DNA of 64,000 nt from NCBI GenBank assembly GCA_951406725.2, contig OX597816.1, forward strand, positions 161,324,001 to 161,388,000, read 5' to 3'. The notes beneath the pieces were generated by a model. It was not told where the DNA came from, ran no database searches, and saw nothing but the letters and a program-made list of their open reading frames with translations. A program made the position numbers and the translations under genes. Position 1 is the first letter of the stretch; the number at the start of each line of letters is the position of its first letter. Source of the stretch: Octopus vulgaris. Its lineage: Eukaryota. Shown here piece by piece: positions 38,903 through 50,770 of the stretch.

Positions 38903-39299
38903 CAGGCATGTGCCATCAGTAATTACTCAGGGCAGACAGTTGGTAATTTTTATGTAGTAAAACATGCAAATAATAAGCGAAACACAGGTGTGCGACTAAG
39001 TTGGAGGCAGAATTGCTTCTGCCTTTATAGCACGTAAAGGAAACATTGTTGTAGGAGTGTGCACAGCACATGTACTACAGCATAGCTTTAATACTGAGAT
39101 TGAAAGGCAGGGGTGAATTATGCTTACCTAATCTATAAAAAAATAAAATATTTTGCATTTTATACATAGTAATTAGAACAACCTTCATGATTCTATTGAA
39201 TTAGGTGCATATTTTGCCATAAAAGGAAAATATCACTATCGATCTATTTTATTCAAGGTAGGCACTGCCCACCTTACCTGCGCAGGCTGCACGTCCCTG
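38903..39299 (-). mobile_element. ~400-bp MITE, copy 3
   Basis: CAGGCATGTGC ... GCACGTCCCTG ends; homologous to 8270-8667. Confidence 0.75.
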
Positions 39300-39330
39300 G
39301 TACATATGCATGTTCAGATAGTAATAATAA

Positions 39331-39538
39331 TGGGTGGTGATGGAGGTGGTGGTGATGCTGCTGCTGCTGGGGAGACAACTAGAAGGGTGTTGAATCTGGT
39401 GGTTTCTCAGGGAAAAGCAAATGTCAGAATATATTATCTTTACTTTAGTTTTTCCTGTCAATCAGATCCAGTATTTCTCTCTTCACCAAGTTTCCAGCAA
39501 CCCTCCTCTTCTTCCACCTCCACCGCCACTACCACCTA
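39331..39538 (+). other. Predicted ~200-nt G-U-rich RNA hairpin
   Basis: Four colinear helices pair on the plus strand; central helix has 19/22 positions paired, 6 by G-U. Confidence 0.55.
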
Positions 39539-40452
39539 GCTCTAATTTCCTGTCAGTCCTAGTCACATGGTATAAGAGAGCATTTTCGTTGGTTTCCCAG
39601 GTTGTGGTGAAGTCAAATGGGAGTGAGAAAATGAAGTGAGAAAAGATAAATAGCAGTGAGAAGAAGTGAGAGTTAGGGCAGTAAAGAGGAAGTCAGTATT
39701 TCAGAAACAATAACAGTAACAACAACAACAAGAAAGAACATAGGTTGGGATGATGGGAAAAAAAATCTGGTAAGCACAATATGAAAGCAAAATGGCTTAA
39801 AGGTCACTTGACATGACAAGGTCATATGATATGACAAGGTTACACTGGCTTCGGTGGTTTGAGTAAGGTTATGATGTCAGGAATAATGAGGAAGCCATGG
39901 ACATTCTAATAGGAGAATAGCCTTTTCCTTTTAGCCAATAAGGACACTTTTGAGAACGGCTGTGTTATAATCTTACAATTAAGGTAGTGTTTGAATGCGC
40001 TACTTATGGAAGTATACATAAATATAGACACACACACACACGTGCACGCACGCACACAGATATATACATACATATACGTATCTGTATATGCATGCACACA
40101 TACACTCACACACACACACATACACACACAACCATATCTAATCATCATCATAATCATCCAGTGTTTTAAATGGGAGTGGCCAGATCCATCTCAATGCCAT
40201 AGCAACTGAGGTAGACAGGTGCAGCCCGCCCCAACCTTTGGGCTGGCTAGTGCCCATTCTCTCTTGCTATCATGAGGTCTTTGTGAAGCTGGATTTTCTA
40301 CGAGGAGCATGCCCTTGCTTACCCCCAACCTCAGTTTCTAGACATGAGTGGTCCTGAGACCAAGGCTTCTACCATGATTTTTAAGAAATGTGGTGGAAAA
40401 CTAGCTCAGGAAGCCAAGGACACTACTCCCTGAGACCCCTTTTGGCATCTCT

Positions 40453-40523
<71 letters not shown>

Positions 40524-40656
40524 TTATATACATACATATATATGCATGTACACTACTTGGTAAACTTGATTCAAAATCAAGCAAGACACAATGCATGATG
40601 TGTCATTTATGTGGGATAACTAATTCATCACCAGCATATAGGTAATATTGTAGATG

Positions 40657-40978
40657 TGAAGGTGTGTGGGCTTACTGGTTAGAGTATTCAATAACCTTAG
40701 GAATACTTATTTGATTCCTTATAGTGCATTGTGTCCTTGAGCAAGGCACTTTATTTTATGTTGTTCCTGTCCACTCAGCTGGCAAAGATGAGTAGTTTCT
40801 GTATTTCAAAGGGCCAGCCTTGTCACATTCTGTGTCACACTGACTCACCCTGAGAACTACATGGAGGGTACATGTGTCTGTGGCATTCTGACCCACTTGC
40901 ATATTAATTTCATGAGCAGGCTGTTCTGTTAATCAGATCGACTGGAACCCTCTTCATTGTGATTGAAGGAGTGCCCCA
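40657..40978 (+). mobile_element. Chimeric SINE: family-B head and core with family-C 3' half
   Basis: TGTGTCCTTGAGCAAGGCACTT..CACTCAGCTG (as 14570), then CTGTATTTCAAAGGGCCAGCCTTGTCAC..GGAGTGC (as 62279-62456). Confidence 0.7.
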
Positions 40979-41809
40979 GAAAGAAACATAATAGATATCA
41001 ATTACCTTTATAACTATACTGCTATACAATTATTTTGATGTTGCACAAAATACAACCAGCACATTTGTACCAACGTTGCCAGCGCTGCTGGACTGGCTCC
41101 TGTGCAGGTGGCATGTAAAAAACACCATTTGAGCGTGGCCGTTGCCAGTACCATATGACTGGCCCTCGTGCCAGTGGCATATAAAAGCACCCGCTACACT
41201 CTCGAAGTGATTGGCGTTAGAAAGGTGCTTTTTACATGCCACCGGCACAGGAGCCAGTCGGGGTGGGGGGCTGGCATCGACCACAATCAGATGGCGCTTT
41301 TTATGCACCACCGGCATGGGGAGCCAGTCAGGTAGCACTGGCAACAACCCACGCATGCATGGTGCTTATTGCGTTTACAACTGACAACAAATCATGGATG
41401 TCCAGGCTTTGAGATGAAATGTATCCCAGGTTTAAGGCAATACGAAGTATACTTCATAATCTATGGGGGTAAAATAGCTCAATGATATGATAAGTTTTCG
41501 ACTAGCACCCTATGAGTTGATCATTTCATATCCTTTCATATCTACTTCTTTATTTTGGTTATGTCTCTAAATGGATACTTAATTTAACATTCCTCTGGTT
41601 ACCAGATACATATACTAGATATTCAGAGAATGTTACTAGAAATAGACTGGCATCTCATTCAGGGATTTCATCTCATCCACGTAACCCTTTTGATGCCAAC
41701 CCATCTGGGATTACTCCTGACTCTATGATACAAACTATTTTCAAGTATTTAAATTTAAACCTTCTTTCAAAGAACATTTTAAGTTGTATTTAAAACCCAG
41801 ATTAATAGG

Positions 41810-42180
41810 CACTGGCATGGTTGTATGGTAAGGAGTTTGCTTCTCAATCACATGATTCTAGGTTCAGTCCCATTGCATGACACCTTGGTCAAGTGTCTTC
41901 TATTATAACCTCAGGCCTATCAAAGCTTGGTGAATCAATTGAGTAGATGAAAACTCAAAGAAGCTCCTTGTGTGTGTGTGTGTGTCTGTTTATCCCCCAC
42001 CACTGCTTTACAACCGGTGTTGGTGTGTTTATGTCCCTGTAACTTAGCAGTTCAGCATACAGTACCAATAGAATAAGTAGCAGACTGAAAAAAAAAAGAG
42101 TATTGGTTCATTTGATTAAAAATTTGTCAAGGTGGTGTTCCAGTTTGACTACAGTCTAATGACTGAAACAAGTAAAATTT
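41810..42180 (+). mobile_element. Family-A SINE (diverged)
   Basis: Same organisation as 46968-47405. Confidence 0.7.
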
Positions 42181-43916
42181 AAAGGATAATAATGGAAAAG
42201 GTAGATATTTGACAAAATCCTACTAAAGTTTTTTTTTCATTATTTTTGAAATAAACTGAAGAATTTATTTAGAAATCTGGATTTACAAGTCACTATGACC
42301 AACATTGGATACATTTATCATTTACCATAGTTTACCAAAGTTCAGGATGCCTTTTTGTTTTAAATGGCAAATTCTAAATGAAATTACAGCAATTGACTTC
42401 ATTTTTATTTTCTTTTTTTCCATTAAAAATAAAATTATAGAGCAATACAAAAGAGAAAAATCATTTGAAAACATTTGTCTTTTTTCAAAGAGACAACTTT
42501 ATTTCTTTGATATAAATTGATTTCAATTACAAAACAAAAAAAGAAATAAAAATTAATTATATTTTCATAAAATGTAATTATGTGTTAATTACAAAAATAT
42601 CATAATCCACTACACTTCAAAATTTGTAAGAAATTTTCTTTCCATTTTGGAATTGTTTTTCATTTAATTAAAAGATGGTAAAAAAAATAATAAGTAAATA
42701 GATGAAATTAATTAACATACTGTTGGGTGGCCCTGAGGGTGGTTATTATTTTTATAAAATATAACATGGGAAATGATCATCCCACTTCTTTGATGATGAT
42801 ATGGAATGATGTTCGTATTGAAGTGGCCTTCTGCTTTTATACCCAAAGGGTTTCCAACTAGAAGAATCCACAAATCTAAAGATAACACAGAAACAGGAAG
42901 CTGTTCTCGTTTCTATCCTAGAAATAATATTATTTACATTCCTTCTGTCTAGAAAGACAAGTTAGTAGAATTTATACTTTTTCCGCTTTTCATTAGCAGA
43001 CTACAGATGGTAATCTTCATTTTACTACCATTATGCGATTATGTTTTGCATGTATGTGTGTCCATGTGTGTGCATGTGTGTGTGTGTGTGTGTGCGTGTG
43101 TAATTGAGTGTAAACGTGTTTGGACATATTTGTATGCATGCATATGAAGTGCACTTATGTATGTAAGTGAAATTAGATCATTGTTGATGTAACCAAATTA
43201 CTGAAATGGAAATCTTTGAAATTTTCTCCCTTTACTTTATAAATTTGAGATGTATAGCTAGGAGGGGAGTGAGTGTCAACATTATTTGCCTATATAGTAA
43301 AATTCCATTCATCTGCTGAAATGAATAATGCCACACTGTACCATTCCATTGCACTGAAGTACTGTTGTATTCTAAGTTACGACAGTTCTGACATTGTTAA
43401 ATTGGACATCTTTTAAAGAATTTGCATTGCTTTATTTTTGTGGGTATTGAAACTTCATTACCTTCTTTTGTCTGTAGCAATTCTACAGGAAGCCTAGTAG
43501 ATGCTTGTGTAGAACTTTGCCAAACAGCCAATTCTTGGAGTTTATGTCAAATTACATAATGTTGTTGTTATATGTGTTTGTATCTGAATTTGCAGAGAAA
43601 TGTGCATATTATTTATATCTAAAGGAATGCTCAGTATGCACAAAGGTAATTGGCAGGAACTAACCATTATCTAGGCAGTGCAATTAGTGAAGGCACACAG
43701 GATGTAGACAGTCTAACAATAAGCTAAAAACTTTAATTACACCAAATGAAGTAGAAAAACAAAAAAAGTATTGGATTCTTTACATGGTTGTTCAACCTGT
43801 TAGAAATAGATGCCAAATCTTTCTTAACTCGCACCCTACTGTCTTCAAAACGGACAGGATAATCACAGCCAGAATACCTTTGTTTGTCTATGTGTGTGCT
43901 TCAGTTTTCAGAGAAA

Positions 43917-44580
43917 TCATCATCATTGTTTGACATACATTTTCCGTGCTGGCATGGCTTGAACAGTTTGACTGAGGTCTGGAGAACCAGTGGCTGCACC
44001 AGGTTCCTGTCTGATCTGGCAATGTTTCTACGACTGGGTGCCCTTCCTAACGCCAACCACTCTAAGAGTGTAGTGGGTGCTTTTTACGTGCCCCCAGTAC
44101 AAGAGCCAGTCAGCTGGGCCTGGCATCGATCACATTCAGATGGTGCTTTTTACATGCCACCTGCACAAGAGCCAGTCAGGGGGTACTGGCATCAGTCATG
44201 ATCGGTTGGTGCTTTTTATGTGCAACCAGCACAGGAGCCAATCAGGCAGACCTGGCATTGACCACATTCAAATGGTGTTTTTTACATGTGACTGGCACAG
44301 GAGCCAGTCTGGGGGTGCTGGCATCAGCCACGTTCGGTTGGTGTTTTTTATGTGCAGCCAGCACAGGAGCCAGTCTGGGGGTACTGGCATCGGCCACGTT
44401 CAGTTGGTGCATTTTACGTGCCACCAGCATGGGAGCCAGTCAGGCGGACAGGGCATTGACCACATTCGGATGTTGCTTTCTGCATGCCACTGGCACAGGA
44501 ACCAGTCTCAGGGTACTGGCCACAGCTACGATATTGGTTTTACTTGACTCAACAGATCTTCTCAAGTATATCATATCGCC
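43917..44580 (-). mobile_element. RTE 3' UTR copy with about 7 expanded ~60-bp tandem units
   Basis: Unit GGTGCTTTTTACGTGCCACC.GCACAGGAGCCAGTCAGG..CTGGCATCG.CCAC.TTC repeated across 44075-44525. Confidence 0.8.
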
Positions 44581-44665
44581 CAGTACATCAGGGATATTAT
44601 TTTATATTTAAAGGAATACTCAAGACACACAAAGATAATTACCAAGAACTAAACATTATCTAGGC

Positions 44666-45491
44666 CAGTGTTTCTCAACAATTTTTTATTTATGAACCTT
44701 TTTGATTTCTCTTTTACTTGGATGGGCCTTTCCTAGCCATTCATTGTTTAAAAATTCACATTCATCATCATCATCGCTTAATGTCCACCTTCCATGCTGA
44801 CATAGGTGGGATGGGTTGACAGGAGCTGGCCAGGCTTCAGCCTGCACCTGACTTTGGCAACTGTTTTGGCAGGAATTTTACAGCTGGATGCCCTTCCTAA
44901 CATCAACCACCCACCCAGCAGAGTGGACTAAGTGCTTTTTATGTGGCATAAGCATAAGCAAGGTTTTTACAGCTAGATGCCCTTCCAAATGCCAACCACT
45001 TTACATTGGTAGCACCTGCACTGAGAGGGTCACCAAGTACTTGCAAGACAAGAAAAATCTCTTTTGATAGGGGAAGGGAAGAGGAGGTGATCTTGTATCA
45101 GATGATGAAAGGTTATAGGAAGACAGAAAGACAGAAACAGGTGTCTTGCTGTAGAGGAGGTACAAGGTTACCTGACCAAGGAGGGAGGGAGAGAGAAAGA
45201 GGGGGAGAGGGGGGAGAGAGAGAGAGAGATCAGGAATGAAGATAGAAACAGGTGAACTGCTGCAAAGGAAATACATGATTACCTAACCTGTGGGAAGTGC
45301 AGAGTTAGGAGAGAGAAAGTGTGAAACATTATATTTTTATAATTAAACAATAGGAGAAATTGTTTAAGAAAAATTGTTAAAAGATTTTGTGTATTGTAGA
45401 AGTATAATTTATTACAGATAAATTTTAACAACAAAATCTTATACAGACCCACCCCACCAAGGGCCATATGGACCCTCGTTGAAAACCACTA
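44666..45491 (+). mobile_element. hAT-type MITE with nested retroelement fragment (about 44761-45300)
   Basis: TIR CAGTGTTTCTCAAC / GTTGAAAACCACTA; 8-bp TSD ATCTAGGC (44658-44665) / TTCTAGGC (45492-45499). Confidence 0.8.
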
Positions 45492-46967
45492 TTCTAGGCA
45501 GTGCATTATACAAACAAGGCTAACTGACTCTGGGCCAAACACCAATGAGATTTGATGAATATGGTCAGGTTAAATGGTTTGATAGATATGGAAATCTGAG
45601 TTGTTCTATTTATATTGACAAAAAGCCTCAAATTAATACAGTTGCTGTACTGTGGCTTGAATTTAGCCCAATATGGGTCAGGTTGTATTATCATCAAGCC
45701 TATAGTGATGAAATTCAAGGGTGACTCCTGTGGGATTTGAACTCAAAATGTAGAGAAACAAAGCTTAATACTAAAACCATTGACACTTGATGTTTTGCTA
45801 TTTCTACTTCCCTTTCTATATCTTTATGTATAAAATATATATAAAGAACAATCACATCCATTACTGCTTTCAGACCACCCACTCTGCATTTCCAGTTCTA
45901 TGTAAATTTCAGACAAAATTTCTCTTGCGCACTCACTCACATGCTCTTTTTCCCTCCTCCTCCCCATTATATGTGTATGCACGTACATGCAAACATACAC
46001 ACACATGCACGCACACCCTCGTATATGTGTGTGTGTATATATTTATATATATAACTTATACATACATATATATATATACATATATACACATATACATATA
46101 TATATGTATGCACGTACATGCAAACGTACACACAAATGCATGCACACCCTCATATGTATGTGTGTGTGTGTGTGTGTTTGTGTTTTTATACATGTGTATG
46201 TATAAATCTATATCTGTATATATCTATAACTGTATGTACATATATATATACACACACATAAACATGCGTGCGTGTGTGTGCACACACACACACATACACA
46301 CACAGCAGCAGCAGCAAAAACCATGCCAAGGCAAACAGACATTGAAGCTTAATGCTGTCCTTTGGCTCATCAGATTTTACCGAACTGTCCAACCCATGCC
46401 AGCATGAAATGTGAATGCTAAATAATAATGATGATGATGATGACAATGATGACGATGATACTAAACAACATTTGTGCATTTTTATATCCATTCTTCCATG
46501 CTGTCATGTATTAGAAGAAGAACTATTACTAAAGCATTGATTTACAGCTGGATGTCCTTTCTCTCACTAATCTTTACTTGTTTTCAAATAACGGATCTCT
46601 TATTCCACATAATTTCAAAAGCCAGCAGATGATTTGTTGACTGGGAATAACAACAGATTCTATAAATTGTGTCAAGATGCACAAGATGTAAACATTCGCA
46701 GACCCACGCATGCATACACACGCACACACACAGATACACACACACACACACACATAGATACACACACACACACACAACATATGCACATGGGTATCCAATG
46801 GGCTTCATAAATTTCTGTCTCTCAAATTTATTCACAAAGCACTGGTTGGCTTCGGGTTACTGACGGCATTGCTTGTTTAAAGGCTGGTTGTGAGATTGAA
46901 TCTGAAGCCATATGGTTGAGAAGTGGATTTCTCAACCAACCAGCCATGCCTTTGCTTATATATATAA

Positions 46968-47145
46968 GGATGTGTGGTAAGTAGCTTGCTTACCAACCAC
47001 ATGGTTACAGGTTCAGTTCCACTGCTTGGCACCTTGGGTAAGTGTCTTCTAATGTAGCCTTGGGCCAACCAAAGCCTTGCGAGTGGATTTGTTAGGTGGA
47101 AACTGAAAGAAGCCTGTCGTATGTATGTATGTATGTATGTATGTA

Positions 47146-47185
<40 letters not shown>

Positions 47186-47405
47186 TGTGTGTGATTGTGT
47201 GTCTGTGTTTATCCCCCCAACATCGCTTGACAACAGATGCTGATGTGTTTACATCCCCGTAACTTAGCGGTTTGGCAAAAAGAGGCAGACAGAATAAGTA
47301 CTAGGCTTACAAAGAATAAGTCCTGGGGTTGATTTGCTCGACTAAAGAGCAGTGCTCTAGCATGGCCGAAGTCACATGACTGAAACAAGTAAAAGAGTAA
47401 AAGAA
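46968..47405 (+). mobile_element. Family-A SINE, well-preserved copy
   Basis: TGTGTGGTAAGTAGCTTGC..GGTTCAGTTCC tRNA-like head, GGCACCTTGGG.AAGTGTCTTCT core, (TATG)n(TG)n, tail ..CATGGCCG..TGACTGAAACAAGTAAAAGA. More than 15 full or partial copies in the window. Confidence 0.85.
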
Positions 47406-47624
47406 AGTATATATATAGCATTGGCATTTCATGTTACACCAAGAAGTGGTGCACAATACGAGAACTTTTGACTTGAGACAAATATAACAGATTACTTCAA
47501 ATCATTGTTAGAGTATCCACATAAGTGGAATCAAGCCAGACTAGTTTCTACAGACATCGAGTCATATTAATTGTAATAATGAAGTCAAACCAATTAGTGA
47601 TATTTTTAAATTATTTGATATATA

Positions 47625-48020
47625 CATCTATCTCTCTGCCTCACTATAACCTTTCATCATCTGACACAAGATCATCTCCTCCAATGCCCCCTCCCCTCTC
47701 AAAAGAGTTTTTTTTTTTTTTGTCTTGCAAGTACTTGGTGATTGTGTCAGAGCAGGTGCCTCTTAAAAGCACCCAGTCCACACTGTAAAGTGGTTGGCTG
47801 TAGAAACCTTGTCAAAACTGACCTCGCCTGTGCTTGTTCCACGTAAAAAGCACTAAGTCCACTCTGCTGAGTGGTTGGTGTTAGGAAGGGCATCCAACTG
47901 TAAAAATCCTGCCAAAGCAGTTACAGAAGTCTGGTGCAGGCTTCTGCCTGGCTGGCTCTTGTCAAACCATCCCATCCATGCTGGCATGGAAGGTGGATGT
48001 TAAACAATGATGATGATGAT
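47625..48020 (+). mobile_element. RTE-related 3' UTR fragment with (GAT)n tail
   Basis: TTAGGAAGGGCATCCAACTGTAAAA..CCATGCTGGCATGGAAGGTGGATGTTAAAC(GAT)n. Confidence 0.7.
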
Positions 48021-48359
48021 GGTGTATGAAATGGTTTCAAAATATCACTATTTGGCTTGACTTCATTATTACAACTATATAGTGTTGGTGTGGTGTGTGT
48101 GTGTGTGTGTATTGTACAGCAAAAATATATTTAGCTCTAAGGAAATATTACCTTGCCTCAATAAATGCCATCCACCCATGCAAGCTTAGAAAAGTTGAGG
48201 CTTAAACGGTGGCAGGGATAATGGTGATGATGTACACAGACACATATAAACTACCATCATCATCATCATCACCATCATCGTCACCATCATCATCATCATC
48301 ACCATCATTGTCACCACCACCACCATCACCACCACCACCACCACCACCACCACCACCAA

Positions 48360-48393
<34 letters not shown>

Positions 48394-48665
48394 TTCTTCT
48401 TCATCACTATAATTATTATAAGAGCTGATGCTTCTTAAATCGTAGCTCTAGATTTCAAGCAGTGAATTGCTTCAGTTTTATACAATTATTCAAATGATTC
48501 GCTGCTTTAAATAATCAACAATTGGAAACCTGATTTAAGAAGCTTCACATTTTAACAGAATATATCCACTCGCTGCTTTGAAGTATTGCATATTTGTTCT
48601 CCTTGTTTGCAAGCACAAATACTAACCAAAACACACACACACATGCATGCATGCACACACACACA

Positions 48666-48727
<62 letters not shown>

Positions 48728-48862
48728 GCAAACTCACATGCATGTATGCACAAACACACACAGACACTTATCTTTATCTATCTGTATGTATATTTATATG
48801 CTGATGTATGTATGTATATGTATATATATATATATATATATATCATCATCATCATCATCATC

Positions 48863-48905
<43 letters not shown>

Positions 48906-49179
48906 TATATATATGGTTTGAAATTGTACAAAATACAAAAAGCAAAAGACATAGACAGGTTAGGAACAACAAACAAGGTGTATTATTTTGATGCTTAAGA
49001 AAATTGGAGGAGTCTTTGAAGTTTCCTATGCTTTCCTACTGAAATGAATGGGGAAAAAAAACAAATGCAGAGAGGAAAAAAGTGGAGAAAAAAAATATGT
49101 GCTTGGGTCAATTGTTGCACATGTTGAAATCATATATACATATATATATATACATATACATATATAATGAATATATTGC

Positions 49180-49820
49180 CACATTAAAAACACCATTTGA
49201 ATGTTGAGCCTCATGGAGGAAGTGACAAGTGATTGAGACCTTCTAAACATGGTCCTGATCAACTTCCAACTGTTCTTTCAGTTCATGACATGCATTCAGT
49301 TATGACTGCTTTTGATCTTCTGTGAACAAGTGAGGCACAAATTTTGCTGCAACTCTTTTCATTTGCAATTCCTTGTTCAAAATTCATTAGCAGGAGCTGC
49401 AAAATATACTGGTCATACCAACAAGTTTGTCAATTGTTTGGTGATGGTCCTCCATGATCAGTTCATGAATTTTTCATGATGTTTTCATTCGTTCAGGAGG
49501 TCAATGGTCACCCTGAACAAGGTTGGCCTTCAAGCAACAAATGACCGTTCCTAAAGCATGAAAACCTCTTGTAAACTTGTTTTTTGCTCATAGCAGTGTC
49601 CTCATAAGCAGTATGAAGCATGACAGCTGTTTTGGCCTTCATTTCAGCCATCACGAAAATCAACAAATGGGGAGAAGCACTGCAAAACAAAAACACGCCA
49701 CATAGTAGTATGTCTCAATCTTATGATGCCGGTTAGCAGACTGATGCCTGAGTGTCACATCAAGTGGCTCCTAGCAGCAGAAGCCTGAACTACACAAAAA
49801 ACGTTTTGGGTACCTCCTTG
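49180..49820 (-). mobile_element. Mariner relic of a second subfamily (5' end and N-terminal transposase)
   Basis: TA|CAAGGAGGTACCCAAAA end; KTAVMLHTAYEDTAMSKKQVYKRFSCFRNG..LEGQPCSG*P and ILNKELQMKRVAAKFVPHL. Confidence 0.8.
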
Positions 49821-49920
49821 TATATGCTTATAAATATATATAACCTCAATGCTTTTTTCCAAAACGTATTTTGGAAGTATAAAGGATTTGAATAACACCT
49901 GCATTTGACTCCATTTCTTA

Positions 49921-49955
<35 letters not shown>

Positions 49956-49956
<1 letters not shown>

Positions 49957-50188
49957 TTTATTAAAAAGCAGCAAAAATATCACAAAATCTGTTATTCAGA
50001 GTTTCACGCTCCCGTTCGTTGGACAGCTTTGTTTAAAATCTAAACAGAACTGTCTGATGAACAGGAATGTGAAACTCTGAGTAACAGTTTTTGTGATATC
50101 TTTGCTGCTTTTTAATAAAGCTTATTATATACCTCTGGTATTCGAGTACTGTTTTTTCCACCTTGTTTCACATTTATGTACTAACTCT

Positions 50189-50190
<2 letters not shown>
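49956..50190. mobile_element. Short fold-back element in a (TA)n tract with two inverted hammerhead-containing units
   Basis: 49956-50026 is the imperfect reverse complement of 50050-50120. Confidence 0.75.
50046..50091 (+). ncRNA. Type I hammerhead ribozyme, catalytic core intact
   Basis: AGAACUGU CUGAUGA ACA-GGAA-UGU GAAA CUCUGAG UA^ ACAGUUUU. Stem I up to 8 bp, 3-bp stem II with GGAA loop, palindromic stem III, GUA cleavage triplet. Confidence 0.8.
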
Positions 50191-50237
<47 letters not shown>

Positions 50238-50593
50238 GGAGTCTGGTGCAGCCTCCTAGTTCACCAGCCCTGGTTAAACCATCCAACCCATGCCAGCATG
50301 AACAACAGATGTTAAATGATGATGATGATGATGCACATATAAACATACACACTCACGCCCACACATACGCATATGCATATATAATATAAAACAAATACAA
50401 GTGAGTATAGAACCGTCCCACATGTTTGTGACTGAAGAATATATATTTTCTCACAAGAGAACTTAACGAGTTGCTAGACATTGAGAGCAATGGCGTGAGT
50501 CTATGTGAGAAATTGGGAAATATATGATGGAAACTGTACATCTGTAAAAACTCAGAAATTATAAAGTAGATGTAGAAAATATCTTGTTTGCAG

Positions 50594-50643
50594 ATCTGGA
50601 TGAAATTTCTCTTCTAAATGCCTCACTGGGACACATGTCTTCA
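50594..50643 (+). CDS. Candidate 50-nt internal exon ([17 protein letters not shown]), host gene unknown
   Basis: TCTTGTTTGCAG acceptor, TCA|GTAAGC donor, single open frame, non-repetitive sequence. No homology recognised. Confidence 0.3.
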
Positions 50644-50729
50644 GTAAGCTTTTACTTTGTAGTGAAGCAAATTACTACTCCTACACACACACACACACAT
50701 GCACACACTCACACACATACACATTTATG

Positions 50730-50770
<41 letters not shown>

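Noticed and set aside
44075-44525. Regular ~60-bp periodicity resembling a CRISPR array or repeat protein
   Set aside because: Whole units are diverged tandem copies without unique spacers, inside an RTE 3' UTR; eukaryotic context and no cas genes.
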